DNA of 64,000 nucleotides from an uncultured Methanosarcinales archaeon (GTDB lineage Archaea; Nanobdellota; Nanobdellia; Woesearchaeales; CAXGTL01). Numbering within the stretch: the first letter of the stretch is position 1; each line of letters starts with the position of its first letter. Where the stretch lies: NCBI GenBank assembly GCA_964535955.1, contig CAZHVK010000003.1, positions 62,001-126,000 on the forward strand, in the 5' to 3' direction. The notes under the pieces were generated by a model. That model searched no databases. It saw nothing but the letters and a program-made list of their open reading frames with translations, and was not told where the DNA came from. The translations under genes and the position numbers were made by a program. Positions 40,623 to 51,019 of the stretch are shown here, piece after piece.

Positions 40623-41303
40623 TTATTCAAGAATCTTAATTTTACCAGGACTAATTTCAAAAACATCTCCTTTTTCTAACAATTCTGTTATTAATATTTC
40701 CTTGTTTATTAGATTAGTATTCACTAAAATCTCTTGAATATTTGCACCATTTCCTCTATCTAATTTTCTTATTTCATTAATTATTTTATCATAGATTAAT
40801 GGTGTCTTAACTTCTTCATTTTTTTTTTCTTCAACCTGTTTTGGTTTATTTATTTTTTTTCCTAAAAAAACATCTTTTGGCTTATTTTTCTTCAATTTCA
40901 TATTTTCCAATTTAATTTCCTTTTTCCTTAATTCAATCATTTTTAAATTGGAAATCTTATTCAGAATTTCAGGAATAACATATTTATTATTATTAAATTC
41001 TCTTACTTTTCCAATAATATTAATCAAATCACCTACTACAAATTTAGTAAAATCAAAGTCATTTTCAAATGTTCTTACTTCGATTTGATCAGTGCCATCA
41101 TCAATAACCAACATTTTTTGTTCATTATTTTCATTTATAGGTTTAAGAATAATTGTGCCAAGGATATTAACTCTTGAAACTTTTTTGTTTGGAAAATCAA
41201 GGAAATTAGGAAGCCATCCTTCTTGTTTTACATAAGGATATTTTTTTAAATCTTCAATTGTAACTTTGTGCGCAATTTGCCTCTTAATTGTTTTTTCTAC
41301 CAT
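40623..41303 (-). CDS. RPA32-like OB-fold ssDNA-binding protein with C-terminal winged helix
   Basis: VSRVNILG, IDDGTDQI.VR.F, IIGKVRE, GDVFEISPG. Confidence 0.8.
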   Translation of the reverse strand: MVEKTIKRQIAHKVTIEDLKKYPYVKQEGWLPNFLDFPNKKVSRVNILGTIILKPINENNEQKMLVIDDGTDQIEVRTFENDFDFTKFVVGDLINIIGKVREFNNNKYVIPEILNKISNLKMIELRKKEIKLENMKLKKNKPKDVFLGKKINKPKQVEEKKNEEVKTPLIYDKIINEIRKLDRGNGANIQEILVNTNLINKEILITELLEKGDVFEISPGKIKILE

Positions 41304-41313
41304 TTTTTATATC

Positions 41314-43332
41314 TTAAATTCTACTTAAAAACCCACGCCGAGGTTCAAACACATCACCAGATCTCTTTAATCTCTCAATTACTTCTTCTGCTTCATCTCT
41401 TTTTATATCATGATTTTCAGCTTCATTAACAACATCTTCAATAGGAATTACTTTACCTAATTTATTTTCAAGTTCATAAATTATTTCTTTAATTACTGAA
41501 ATTTTTCCTCTTTGTGAAGCAGTAATCCCAGAAGCAATCCTATCAATGTCTATCTTTCCTGTTTCAGGATCAATACCTATTTGTGATAAACAATAATGAA
41601 GAATTTCTATAGCCCTTTCTGCATCTTTTTTTAGAACTTTATTAGATAACCTCAATTTAGCAGAAGCTTCACTTAATCTTACTAATGCTTCAAGTTGTCT
41701 TGGTGAGATAGGAACTGTTTTTATTTTACCTTCTTCAGAACCAGACATTCTCATTTTAATATAATATTCCCTTATTTTTTCCAATGCTGAATCAGTTAAT
41801 ATTGGCCTACACTTTTGCCTTGCATATGATATAAATTTTTTTAATAATTCTGTTGGAATATCTACTTCACCAATTTCAGGATTTTGATGTAATGACAATA
41901 TATGCTTTGACATTAATTTATCTTTATTTTCATCAGGAATATCTTTTATTGCAAAAATTAAATCAAATCTATTGATTAATGCAGGCGGCATATCAAATTG
42001 TTTTGCAAGTATTTCATAAGGATCAAATCTCCCAAATTTAGGATTTGCTGCTGCAAGTACAGTTGTTTCACATCTTAATGTTGCTTGAACATTTGCTTTA
42101 CTAATACTAATTGTTTGTTGTTCAAGTGCCTCATGCATTGCAGATCTATCTTCTGTTGTCATCTTATCTATTTCATCAATCATACAAAATCCCTTATGAC
42201 TAAGCGGCAAAGCACCTGCTTCTAATGTCCACCCACCTAAAAATTCATCTTTAAGTACAGATGCTGTTAAACCAGCACCAGAAACACCTTTTCCACTTAC
42301 ATATCTACATTTAGGCGCAACTTTACTCATTCTTTTAAGTAACTGGCTTTTTCCAGCACCAGGATCTCCTATCAATAAAACATGCATGTCTCCTCTTGTT
42401 GTAACTCCATCAGACCTTGTTTTCTTAACACCACCAACAAGTTGTAGAATGAGCGCTTCTTTTATTTTATCATAACCATAGATAGAAGGAGCAACACTTT
42501 TTATTAATTTGTTTATTATTTTAGGATTTTTAGCTAATTCTAATATTTTTTCTTCTTCTTCATCAGATATTTCTATTTCATAATAATCTTCTTGAATAGG
42601 TTCAACATAATTAGATTCTATTAATAAGTCAAATCTTGTAAGCTGCGCACCAGATCGCGATGTTATTGGAATTTCCTTTACAATCCCATTTATTAAAATT
42701 TTACTTCCTGGGTTTGTTTTTTTATCAGATAATGGACTTACCTGGTCCTCTTTTAAAAAAACATTCATTCTTTTTGGTTGTTCTCCGCCTTCAAGATCTT
42801 CAGCAGCTTCTTCTAAAGAAATTCTTTGAATATCTATTAATTCTTTACTTAATAATCTAAACTTACCTTTTCTTCCACAGCCACACCTGCTTGGTTCTTT
42901 AAACTTTTGTTCAGATTGTATCACAGATATAATATTTCCACAACTAGGACATTCAAATCTTGTATTCGTTACTTGAGGTCTTACATCTGATTTTTGCCTC
43001 ACAACTCCTTGAATACACAAAAATTTACCAATATGTTTACTTCTTACATTTCTAACTAATATTTCTTGTAATTTTGATAAATTTTTTACTCTTATTCTAA
43101 AGTTTGCAACTTGTTTTGGCAAATCAAATTGTTCCACAGCTATTTCTGCCGCCCTTATAACTTCTTCTGGTTGATCTAACATTAAATCTGCAATCTCTGG
43201 ATTAAATTTGCTTAATTCTGAAAAATCAATAAGAAAGAAATTGTTTCCTTTATTTATAGTTTCTAATAATTTAGCATGATAATTAGTTTCAAGAAATTCT
43301 TGGAATATTCTTATTTGTTCTGATGCATCCAT
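41314..43332 (-). CDS. mcm: MCM replicative helicase
   Basis: Zn finger CPSCG..CGCG, GDPGAGKSQ, IDEIDKM, AAANPKFGRFD, NRFD, RQLEALVRL. No intein. Confidence 0.97.
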   Translation of the reverse strand: MDASEQIRIFQEFLETNYHAKLLETINKGNNFFLIDFSELSKFNPEIADLMLDQPEEVIRAAEIAVEQFDLPKQVANFRIRVKNLSKLQEILVRNVRSKHIGKFLCIQGVVRQKSDVRPQVTNTRFECPSCGNIISVIQSEQKFKEPSRCGCGRKGKFRLLSKELIDIQRISLEEAAEDLEGGEQPKRMNVFLKEDQVSPLSDKKTNPGSKILINGIVKEIPITSRSGAQLTRFDLLIESNYVEPIQEDYYEIEISDEEEEKILELAKNPKIINKLIKSVAPSIYGYDKIKEALILQLVGGVKKTRSDGVTTRGDMHVLLIGDPGAGKSQLLKRMSKVAPKCRYVSGKGVSGAGLTASVLKDEFLGGWTLEAGALPLSHKGFCMIDEIDKMTTEDRSAMHEALEQQTISISKANVQATLRCETTVLAAANPKFGRFDPYEILAKQFDMPPALINRFDLIFAIKDIPDENKDKLMSKHILSLHQNPEIGEVDIPTELLKKFISYARQKCRPILTDSALEKIREYYIKMRMSGSEEGKIKTVPISPRQLEALVRLSEASAKLRLSNKVLKKDAERAIEILHYCLSQIGIDPETGKIDIDRIASGITASQRGKISVIKEIIYELENKLGKVIPIEDVVNEAENHDIKRDEAEEVIERLKRSGDVFEPRRGFLSRI

Positions 43333-43492
43333 TTTTTATCTATCTTCTTTTTTTAACACTTATTTTTTAGTATAATAGTCATTTAACTATATGTTCATAT
43401 ATACTTATATTTACCCCTTTTAATAAAAAGAAAAAAAATCAAAATTTATAAATATTTATCCATTGCAATATCTATTTCAAACTATCAAACTA

Positions 43493-44080
43493 TTATTTCT
43501 GTTTTTTGATTTCTTTTAAAGTCTTAACAAGCTTGTCTAATGCAACATGAGCATCATCTTCACTTTTAGTACCAGTACATACTATCTTTCCATTACTAAA
43601 TAATAAAAATGTAGCTCTTCCAGGTCCTTCTTTACCACCTAGCTTATAAACTAATCCTGGGAATTGCTCAGGTTCATACTCAGCATTTGTTAATTTCATA
43701 GCCAATGTGTTAAGATTTAGGTCCATTCCAATACTACCAGATGCAACCATATTTTGGATCTGTATAATTGGTTTTACTGTTATATTAATATTGATTTTGT
43801 GTAGACTTTTGATAATCTTTTTAATTGAAGCATCAACATCAGCCATATTTCTTGCACCAGTACATACTACTTTTCCTGAACTAAATATTAAAGCAGAAGT
43901 TTTAGGATCTTTTATCCTTATAACCAAACCTGGGAACTGCTCTGGATTATATTCTGTATTACTTAAAGTAGCAGCCATCTTTTCCAAAGGTATATCATGC
44001 TCTAAACTTGTTGAAACAACTATATTAACTATCTTTATCTTTTTTTCTTGCTTTTTAGCCTTTTTAACTTTTTTTGCCAT
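43493..44080 (-). CDS. tbp: TATA-box binding protein
   Basis: Two repeats: NIVVS..YNPEQFPGL..LIFSSGKVVCTG and NMVAS..YEPEQFPGL..LLFSNGKIVCTG. Confidence 0.97.
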   Translation of the reverse strand: MAKKVKKAKKQEKKIKIVNIVVSTSLEHDIPLEKMAATLSNTEYNPEQFPGLVIRIKDPKTSALIFSSGKVVCTGARNMADVDASIKKIIKSLHKININITVKPIIQIQNMVASGSIGMDLNLNTLAMKLTNAEYEPEQFPGLVYKLGGKEGPGRATFLLFSNGKIVCTGTKSEDDAHVALDKLVKTLKEIKKQK

Positions 44081-44249
44081 TTAAACAACCTCCTATTAGT
44101 AATTTATTTATAAACACACTCTTTTTAAAGCCCCTCTTTTATAAATGATTTATAAACACTTATAAGTTGGAAAGTGAGATTCCTTTATAAATGCTCTTAT
44201 TTTTTCATAGAAAATGACAATCTTAATTTATTTTCAATATAGAATTTAA

Positions 44250-44648
44250 TTAAGCAATAACTAAATATTTCTTCTGCTTCATAACAATAACTCTAGTACC
44301 ATTAGTCTTTAATCTTTTCCTAAGACCAGTGTCTTGTGTACAAACAATACAATCTTTATCAACAAAGCCAACAATCAGGTCATCAACATATATGTCTGAT
44401 TTTGTCTTAATTACTTTGACTTTCTTCTTTTTAAGTAATTGCAAAGCCATTTTTGCATTAATACTGTGTTTTCCTTTGCCAATATCAACCAATTTCTTAA
44501 GTTCATTAATACTTTTATCCAAAACACAAATAATATACTTAGAACCCATGATTTTCTTAATTTCTAAAAATATATCTACTTTGAATTGGAATGGTATCAT
44601 ACAAAAGTTTGTGTCTAGTAGTATTGTTTTCATGTTTTTATTTATCAT
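44250..44648 (-). CDS. PIN-domain protein (Fcf1/Utp23-like)
   Basis: LLDTNF, INEL, VDDLI, VCTQD..LRKRL. Confidence 0.88.
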   Translation of the reverse strand: MINKNMKTILLDTNFCMIPFQFKVDIFLEIKKIMGSKYIICVLDKSINELKKLVDIGKGKHSINAKMALQLLKKKKVKVIKTKSDIYVDDLIVGFVDKDCIVCTQDTGLRKRLKTNGTRVIVMKQKKYLVIA

Positions 44649-44665
44649 TTAATTCCTTACCTAAT

Positions 44666-45460
44666 TCATCTCAATCCCATTCCTTTCAAAATTTTCTTTG
44701 TTTTCATTGTATCACCCAAAGGATCAGGACTTTCATTGATTATCATACAATCAATTTTATACTTCTTTAAATACTTTACCAATTCTTTGATATCTTTTTC
44801 TTTGGTGATTAGGTGCCTACGTTCTCCTTTTGGACCAAACTCAATACCAGAAAAATGACAATGTACATGTTTCAAATGCTTAATCTTTTTCATAACAGAA
44901 TCATAATCAATTTTGCCTATATTACGGGCAAGAAGGTGAGCAAAATCAACACAAATGCCACACTTTGTTTCTTTCATAAGTTGCAATAATTCATCCAAAT
45001 CACCAAATTGAGAAGCTTTTCCAGTTGTTTCAGGTGCAAGCTTTACTTTATTAAATCCTTCACTTTTAATAATCTCTTGCATATCAAGAATCCTATCTTT
45101 AACAGATTCATATATTTCTTTTTTGTCTCTTTCTTTATAATAAGCACCATGAAAAACAACATTGCCTCCTCCTATATAATACATTTTTTCACAACTTTGT
45201 AAAATTCGTTTCATACTTGCTTTTATTTTTTCTTTCTCATCAGAACATAGGTTAATATAATATGGTGCATGAACTGATAATTGTAAACCTAGCTTCTTCC
45301 TCAACTCACCAACTTGTTTAGCCAAAGAATTACCCATCTTCACTCCTCGCACAAATTCTACTTCTTGACCATCTAAACCTAATTTCTTTAATTTAATAAG
45401 TGATTTAAGAACCCCATTATCAATATTCCCAGCAGTACCAATTTTTATTTTAAAACTCAT
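44666..45460 (-). CDS. nfo: Endonuclease IV family (AP endonuclease 2)
   Basis: EVEFVRGV, SVHAPYYINL, VFHG, PETTGK.SQFG, DFAH, HCHFSGI, INESP. Confidence 0.9.
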   Translation of the reverse strand: MSFKIKIGTAGNIDNGVLKSLIKLKKLGLDGQEVEFVRGVKMGNSLAKQVGELRKKLGLQLSVHAPYYINLCSDEKEKIKASMKRILQSCEKMYYIGGGNVVFHGAYYKERDKKEIYESVKDRILDMQEIIKSEGFNKVKLAPETTGKASQFGDLDELLQLMKETKCGICVDFAHLLARNIGKIDYDSVMKKIKHLKHVHCHFSGIEFGPKGERRHLITKEKDIKELVKYLKKYKIDCMIINESPDPLGDTMKTKKILKGMGLR

Positions 45461-45466
45461 TCTTCT

Positions 45467-46840
45467 TTATTTTTTTCTTATTTTCTTTATCTTTTTTTGT
45501 AATTTCTTAATTCTTTGTTTTTTCATTTTTTTCTGTTTTTCTGATGTCCTTATTTTTGGATTATTTACTTTCCTCTTTTCTTTTATTATTTCAATCTCTT
45601 CAGCATGAGCAACTTTTCTTTTTATAAAATATTTAGAGAATTTAATAGAAATAGTTGAAACTATTATTGAATAAAGAACAAAGATTAATGTGTAATTAAG
45701 TATCTCTTGACTTCCAGGAAGACTTGTAAATAATATTTGTTTATTACCCACAGCCAAAGAATAACTTAATAATAAAGTGGCAACAACAGCTACAGCAATT
45801 CCTTTAGAAGCATTCAATGCCATAAACAATTTTTCTCTTAGATTAAATTCCTTTTTTCTAAATGTCAATCCAATACTAATAAATCTGACCAATAAATATA
45901 TTAAGAATAACAACCCAGATTTCACAAAAAATACCCAATTCGTTGGTATATCAATTAAGATTCCAATCAAAATAAAAACAGTAATTTCTAAAAAATTTGA
46001 TAGAATACTTGAGAATTGTTGTAATTGTTGTTTTTGTTTAATATAGATATTTCCAAACATCAAACCAAGTGTTGTAACAGCTAGAACACCATTACCTCCT
46101 AAATTTTCAGCAAGTATAAATGATAATAAAGCAGCAGACATGATTATTAAAGGACTTAAAGTTTGAGAATATATCTTTCTCATTAATTTTAAAATTATTA
46201 ACCCTATTAAAAGACCTGCTCCTATTCCTGAAGCAATTTGTTGTAAAAAAGGAATTATGTGTGAAATTACATTAGTAAATGCACCACTCCCTTCGATCTT
46301 AATCATCATATTCAAAATTATAAATGGTAACAAAACAATCAAAGGTGTATTTATTATTGATTCAACTTTAAGAAATTGCAATACTTTGTGTTTTGTTTCT
46401 TTTAACATATACAAAACAGCATCAGGACTTGTTCCAGACATTAATGCAGCAAACATAAGAGCAAAAAATATATTCTTACTATCTAAAAACAAATAAGTAA
46501 TTCCTGAAAAAAGAATAAGATTAACAAACAAAAATATAACTGAATATTTCAAAGCTGCAATCGAAAAATCATCAAATTCTTTGTACTTAAATTGCGATGT
46601 TGAATCAAAAATAATCATAACTAGGGCAAGAATAGATAAACTGGCAATAAACACTATAGGAAATTCTATTTTTTCAACATTCATGACTTCAGCATAATAT
46701 TTAATTAAATAATTAATAATAATACCAGAAATAATTAATAAGAATATATTAGGTACTTTCACTCTTTGAGCAAAATAAGTGATTATCAACCCTATTAGGA
46801 TTAATATACCCAAATATGTTAGATAAGTCAAAGCTTCCAT
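45467..46840 (-). CDS. Cation:proton antiporter (CPA1/NhaP-like)
   Basis: About 12 TM segments; GTSP, ESIINTP, GGNGVLAV, KGIAVAV; basic C-terminal tail. Confidence 0.85.
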   Translation of the reverse strand: MEALTYLTYLGILILIGLIITYFAQRVKVPNIFLLIISGIIINYLIKYYAEVMNVEKIEFPIVFIASLSILALVMIIFDSTSQFKYKEFDDFSIAALKYSVIFLFVNLILFSGITYLFLDSKNIFFALMFAALMSGTSPDAVLYMLKETKHKVLQFLKVESIINTPLIVLLPFIILNMMIKIEGSGAFTNVISHIIPFLQQIASGIGAGLLIGLIILKLMRKIYSQTLSPLIIMSAALLSFILAENLGGNGVLAVTTLGLMFGNIYIKQKQQLQQFSSILSNFLEITVFILIGILIDIPTNWVFFVKSGLLFLIYLLVRFISIGLTFRKKEFNLREKLFMALNASKGIAVAVVATLLLSYSLAVGNKQILFTSLPGSQEILNYTLIFVLYSIIVSTISIKFSKYFIKRKVAHAEEIEIIKEKRKVNNPKIRTSEKQKKMKKQRIKKLQKKIKKIRKK

Positions 46841-46993
46841 TTATTCACCACTTTTTTTGAAAATAATATTTTTACAACAATAATATGTACTTTTTAATAT
46901 ATCTTCATTTATATTCTTATTATATATATATGTTTCCATTATAATAATCTTTATAAAGTCTTTTATTAAAGTCATAATATGAGGTGATATATT

Positions 46994-47416
46994 ATGACTA
47001 TTGTAGGATTTAATTTTACAAAGATTAATGTTGAAAGAAAAAAAATAACAAATGATAAACTTTCAATAAAAAGAGATTTATCAATAAAAAACATAAAACC
47101 TAAACAAATAGGATTAGATGGTAATAAAGCCGCACTTGAAGCAGACTTTAATTTTAACATTGACTATCTTGATGAAAAAAAATCTAAGTTCGCAAATATT
47201 TCTTTATCATGTAGTTTGGTTTTTTTGAATAAAAAAGAATTAATTGATGAGATCTTATTACAGTATAAAAAAAAGAAATCAATCAAACCAGAAATATTAT
47301 CATATTTATTAAATTATACTTTTAATAAGTGCAATATACAGGCTTTGTTATTAAGCAAAGAAGTTAGTTTACCCTCACACATACAAATGCCTAGATTAAA
47401 AGTTGAGAAGAAATAA
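46994..47416 (+). CDS. Conserved hypothetical archaeal protein
   Basis: 140 aa, MTIVGFNFTKINVER start and LPSHIQMP end; GAGGTGA SD. Confidence 0.7.
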   Translation: MTIVGFNFTKINVERKKITNDKLSIKRDLSIKNIKPKQIGLDGNKAALEADFNFNIDYLDEKKSKFANISLSCSLVFLNKKELIDEILLQYKKKKSIKPEILSYLLNYTFNKCNIQALLLSKEVSLPSHIQMPRLKVEKK

Positions 47417-47424
47417 AACTTATT

Positions 47425-48339
47425 TCATTTTTCCATAATAAAAGGATAAGCTTCCATTACTTCATGTATAAAAGTGTCACAATTATAAATCCCTAATTCA
47501 GAAATTATTCCAGTAACATTTTCAGGATTAATTTTTTCAAAAGCATAATTCAATATTTTCACGTTTTTGGGTTTATTTGGCCATACTTCTTTGAAATATC
47601 TCTTTTCTATCTCTGTTTCATAACCAAATACAGTGTGTGGATCAAATGACCATGAATTTGTGCATACAAAAACTGGTGTATTGAATTTGATAGCAATCTC
47701 AGCAAACATCTCAGAACCTATCTTATTAATCACTTTACCAGTAGAAGTTATGGCATCACAACCTATTAGCATCATATCACACTCTTTTAATGCTAATCTT
47801 CCAGCAGAATCAACAAAATGTGTAACTTTTATTCCATGAGATGCCAATTCTTTGGCTGTTATCCTTCCTTGAAACATTGGTCTTGTTTCAGTATTATGAA
47901 CTTCAAACTTTTTACCTTGTTTTTTAGCTTCTATTAGGATTGCAGTAACAGTTGATGAATGACAATGAGTAAAAATAATCATACCATTTTTGATCATTCT
48001 TGAACCAATTTTAACAATCTCTTGTTTTGATTTTTTGAAATGTTCTTGAACCTTTTTCAATCTATCATGGAGATCATGTTTCATTACACTTATATTATCA
48101 TGGTGCAGATCATGAAACAAATAATTAACAGCATTCCTAAGTGTTGGTTCAGTAGACCTTGCCTTAAACAATAATTTTTTTGATAATATTAAATCATGCC
48201 ATAATTCTTTAGGATTCTTGTGTTTAAAATTTTTTACGATTACATAGATGCTTTTTGAACCTTCTTTTGCAATATTTTCAGCACCCTGAATCTTTAAATC
48301 TTTAATTTTTTCTACAATTTTCAAAAATTCTTTATTCAA
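47425..48339 (-). CDS. Ribose-1,5-bisphosphate isomerase / eIF2B-family protein
   Basis: KIQGA, RSTEP, THCHSS (catalytic Cys), TETRP, GCDAI (catalytic Asp), NKIGS. Confidence 0.85.
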   Translation of the reverse strand: MNKEFLKIVEKIKDLKIQGAENIAKEGSKSIYVIVKNFKHKNPKELWHDLILSKKLLFKARSTEPTLRNAVNYLFHDLHHDNISVMKHDLHDRLKKVQEHFKKSKQEIVKIGSRMIKNGMIIFTHCHSSTVTAILIEAKKQGKKFEVHNTETRPMFQGRITAKELASHGIKVTHFVDSAGRLALKECDMMLIGCDAITSTGKVINKIGSEMFAEIAIKFNTPVFVCTNSWSFDPHTVFGYETEIEKRYFKEVWPNKPKNVKILNYAFEKINPENVTGIISELGIYNCDTFIHEVMEAYPFIMEK

Positions 48340-48962
48340 CTTGCTAACCCCTCTACCATTTTTTCTTCTGGTTTGAATACATAAGCAGTATTATCATCAA
48401 AATAACCACACATAAAATTATCTAGGGATATCCCAGTTCTTTTACTAAGCATTAAAGCATAAAAATAAACTTGACATTGTGCATATTTTTCTAAATGTGC
48501 ATTTGGTTTATAATCCCAAATCCAAATTTTTCCATCTTCTATCCTTAAAGCATCTATATGCCCAGTTAAAGGCAATTCTTCACCAAATATTTTTTGAAAA
48601 CTTTTAATTTCTTCAGGCATTAACCATATGGGGACTTCTACAGCCAAGGTTTTATTATCTCTTTCCAGCATAAAAATTTGGACATTTGAATGCGCACTTT
48701 TATAATTATTATTTGTAAGACCTTGTTCAGCCAAACTAGAAACTTCATGGCCAGATATTTGTATTTCTTTAACAGGTAGGTCAAATTTAAGACCAGAACT
48801 TCTTGGCCCATGATTAAAGTAGTTATCAGGACAACTATTAAACATTTCTTCTAAATATATTTTTAAAGATAAAAATCTATTATTACAAAGAAATTCTGTT
48901 TTTTTTAAATGCAGCCTGTAATGATAAAACCAGCCATGTTTAAAAGATTTATGTTTAATCAT
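48336..48962 (-). CDS. PD-(D/E)XK nuclease family protein
   Basis: AVEVPIW, GHIDAL, WDYK, Q..YAL. Confidence 0.8.
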   Translation of the reverse strand: MIKHKSFKHGWFYHYRLHLKKTEFLCNNRFLSLKIYLEEMFNSCPDNYFNHGPRSSGLKFDLPVKEIQISGHEVSSLAEQGLTNNNYKSAHSNVQIFMLERDNKTLAVEVPIWLMPEEIKSFQKIFGEELPLTGHIDALRIEDGKIWIWDYKPNAHLEKYAQCQVYFYALMLSKRTGISLDNFMCGYFDDNTAYVFKPEEKMVEGLAS

Positions 48963-49006
48963 AATGAGTTAAATGAGTATATAAAAAATTAATAAAAAAA
49001 GAAAAG

Positions 49007-49297
49007 TTATTTTCTCCTCTTTTTCTTTTTACGTTTTTTTGATCTTTTTGGCTTTTTACTTCTTCTCTTACCAATCATTGCTTCAATTTTATATTCTTCC
49101 CTAGCAATTTTCATAGCCATTCTTTCAATATGAACTTCCATTCTTGCAACTCTTCTTTCCATTATTACTAGCATTCTTAGGCTATAAACAATAGCAGCTA
49201 AAGTACCTACTATAATAGCAAGAATAACATTAATTCTAGGAATAAGCTTTCCCATATAGTTTACAAGTAATTCGACACTCGCAGGATCTAAAACCAT
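49007..49297 (-). CDS. Small membrane protein with very basic C-terminus
   Basis: One TM helix, coiled coil, K/R-rich tail; GAGGTG SD. Confidence 0.7.
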   Translation of the reverse strand: MVLDPASVELLVNYMGKLIPRINVILAIIVGTLAAIVYSLRMLVIMERRVARMEVHIERMAMKIAREEYKIEAMIGKRRSKKPKRSKKRKKKKRRK

Positions 49298-49356
49298 TTT
49301 TTATACACCTCTTTTTATAATAATATTAATTATATATATAAATATAGATGATACCT

Positions 49357-49440
49357 ATATAAATGTATCGGAAATGGAATATCCATTTCCAGACATTTAT
49401 GCCCAGAAATCTACGATTTCTCGTGTATAAATGTTTCGGA
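49357..49440. repeat. Twin-hairpin element between near-direct repeats TATAAATGT(A/T)TCGGA
   Basis: GGAAATGGA-ATA-TCCATTTCC and AGAAATC-TAC-GATTTCT hairpins. Confidence 0.65.
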
Positions 49441-49463
49441 AGATGTCACTTCATCCAAAATAT

Positions 49464-49769
49464 TCAAATTCCATAAACATTACCTAATCTTTCTATATTT
49501 TCCTTCATTTTTTTGTTTACAGTATTTTCAATAAAATTTAGAATTAATTTTTCTCTTGCCTTTATAATTTCTTTATTTATACCAATTTTAGAAGGGCACT
49601 CCCTTTCACAAGCTCCGCACATAAGACAAGAATTAAACACCTTGTTTATTCTTTTTTCTTTAATCAAGATCATAAACCCTCTTGGTGATTTAGTTTCTCT
49701 GGGTAATAATTTATATAATGGACAAACAGCTTTACAAAATCCACATAAATTACATTTTTCAGTTGTCAT
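49464..49769 (-). CDS. 2x[4Fe-4S] ferredoxin-like subunit (GlcF N-terminal-like)
   Basis: CNLCGFCKAVCP, SPRG, CLMCGACERECP. Confidence 0.88.
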   Translation of the reverse strand: MTTEKCNLCGFCKAVCPLYKLLPRETKSPRGFMILIKEKRINKVFNSCLMCGACERECPSKIGINKEIIKAREKLILNFIENTVNKKMKENIERLGNVYGI

Positions 49770-49814
49770 GTCGTTAACCTCCAGTTAATGACACACAGAA
49801 ATGCTTTGCATTTC

Positions 49815-50987
49815 TTAGTGTGTTAATTTCCCCTTATTTAATATATTATTAGGGTCATATTTAGCTTTTAAGCTTTTTATTTCATTCACTCTTTTATCTC
49901 TCAACAGTTTTTGATATCTAACACCTATACCAAAATTAGATATTTTTCCATTAGCACTTTTTATTTTTTCATGTATATCTTTTAGTTCATATAATTGTTG
50001 TTCTTTCAAGAATAATAAATAAACTCCTAATCCTATGTGACTTATAATTGGTATATTCTTTTTTCTTAATATTTTAAAAAATTCTTCTGCATGCTCAATG
50101 TCTAAAGAAGGAGTTTCAATAAATAAATATTTTTCTTCCATAAGCTTATTAAATACTTTCTTTCTAACATTAAAAATAATTTTTATATTTTTTTCATCTT
50201 TTATTTTTCCTTCATTTGTCTTATATTCAATAATTAAATAATGTTTTTTTTCTATTTTAGCAATTCCTGAAGAGATTTTATCAATATATTGGATTGAGAA
50301 TACATTTTCATTATTTTTTATTTCTTTAACTTTATTAACCACATCTATTGTCCTTTCAAATCCTAAAAGATCTAATGATTTAACTTCTATTTTATTTATT
50401 ATTTTTAATTTAGCTTTTGTTACTATTCCTAAACACCCTTCTGTCCCTACAAAATCTCTAATTCTTTGCGTTTTTAAACATTTTCCAGTACCATCAATAA
50501 TCCCTAATTCAATTATATTATCAAACATTCTGCCATATTTCAATGACCAGAATCCAAATGAATCATTTCCAACCATCCCCCCTATTGTTGAAATTTTTTC
50601 AGATTGTGGGATAATTGGGAACATATATTTATACTTTTTTAAAACATTGTTAAGTTGAGACAATATTACTCCAGGTTCAACAGTAACATAACCTTCTCTT
50701 AAATTAATTTCAACAATCCTATTCATTCTAGATAAATCTAATACTATTGAATTATTTGGAAGAACAGACCCTCCTAAATTTGTTCCAGAACCTCTAACAA
50801 CTATATTATGATTTGATCGATTACAAAAAACAACAATTTTTCTTATTTGTTCTTCATTTTTCGGCCAAACAATTGCTAATAAATCTTTTCCCTTTTTTTG
50901 TGAAGCATCATAACTATAACAAATCTTATCTAATAATTCTTCTGAAACATTTTCTTTTCCACATATTTCAATAAGTTTTTTAATCAA
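49815..50987 (-). CDS. FAD-binding oxidoreductase (GlcD/D-lactate dehydrogenase family)
   Basis: YSYDAS, RGSGTNLGG, STIGGMV, GTEGCLGIVT, DPNNILNKGK. TTG start with GAGGT SD. Confidence 0.88.
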   Translation of the reverse strand: MIKKLIEICGKENVSEELLDKICYSYDASQKKGKDLLAIVWPKNEEQIRKIVVFCNRSNHNIVVRGSGTNLGGSVLPNNSIVLDLSRMNRIVEINLREGYVTVEPGVILSQLNNVLKKYKYMFPIIPQSEKISTIGGMVGNDSFGFWSLKYGRMFDNIIELGIIDGTGKCLKTQRIRDFVGTEGCLGIVTKAKLKIINKIEVKSLDLLGFERTIDVVNKVKEIKNNENVFSIQYIDKISSGIAKIEKKHYLIIEYKTNEGKIKDEKNIKIIFNVRKKVFNKLMEEKYLFIETPSLDIEHAEEFFKILRKKNIPIISHIGLGVYLLFLKEQQLYELKDIHEKIKSANGKISNFGIGVRYQKLLRDKRVNEIKSLKAKYDPNNILNKGKLTH

Positions 50988-51019
50988 GTTTTTTTACCTC
51001 TTGGATTTCTTTTTTCCCC

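Noticed and set aside
35183..43332. Inteins in PolD DP2 or MCM
   Set aside because: Both proteins have normal length and uninterrupted motifs at the usual insertion sites.
43707..44084. Antisense ORFs from the six-frame track (this one and similar ones inside gyrA, cysS, polC, leuS)
   Set aside because: Fully overlap well-supported genes on the opposite strand and have no motifs; typical shadows of biased codon usage.
48336..48962. Cas4 or restriction-system component
   Set aside because: No four-Cys Fe-S cluster pattern and no neighbouring cas or methyltransferase genes; left as a generic PD-(D/E)XK nuclease.
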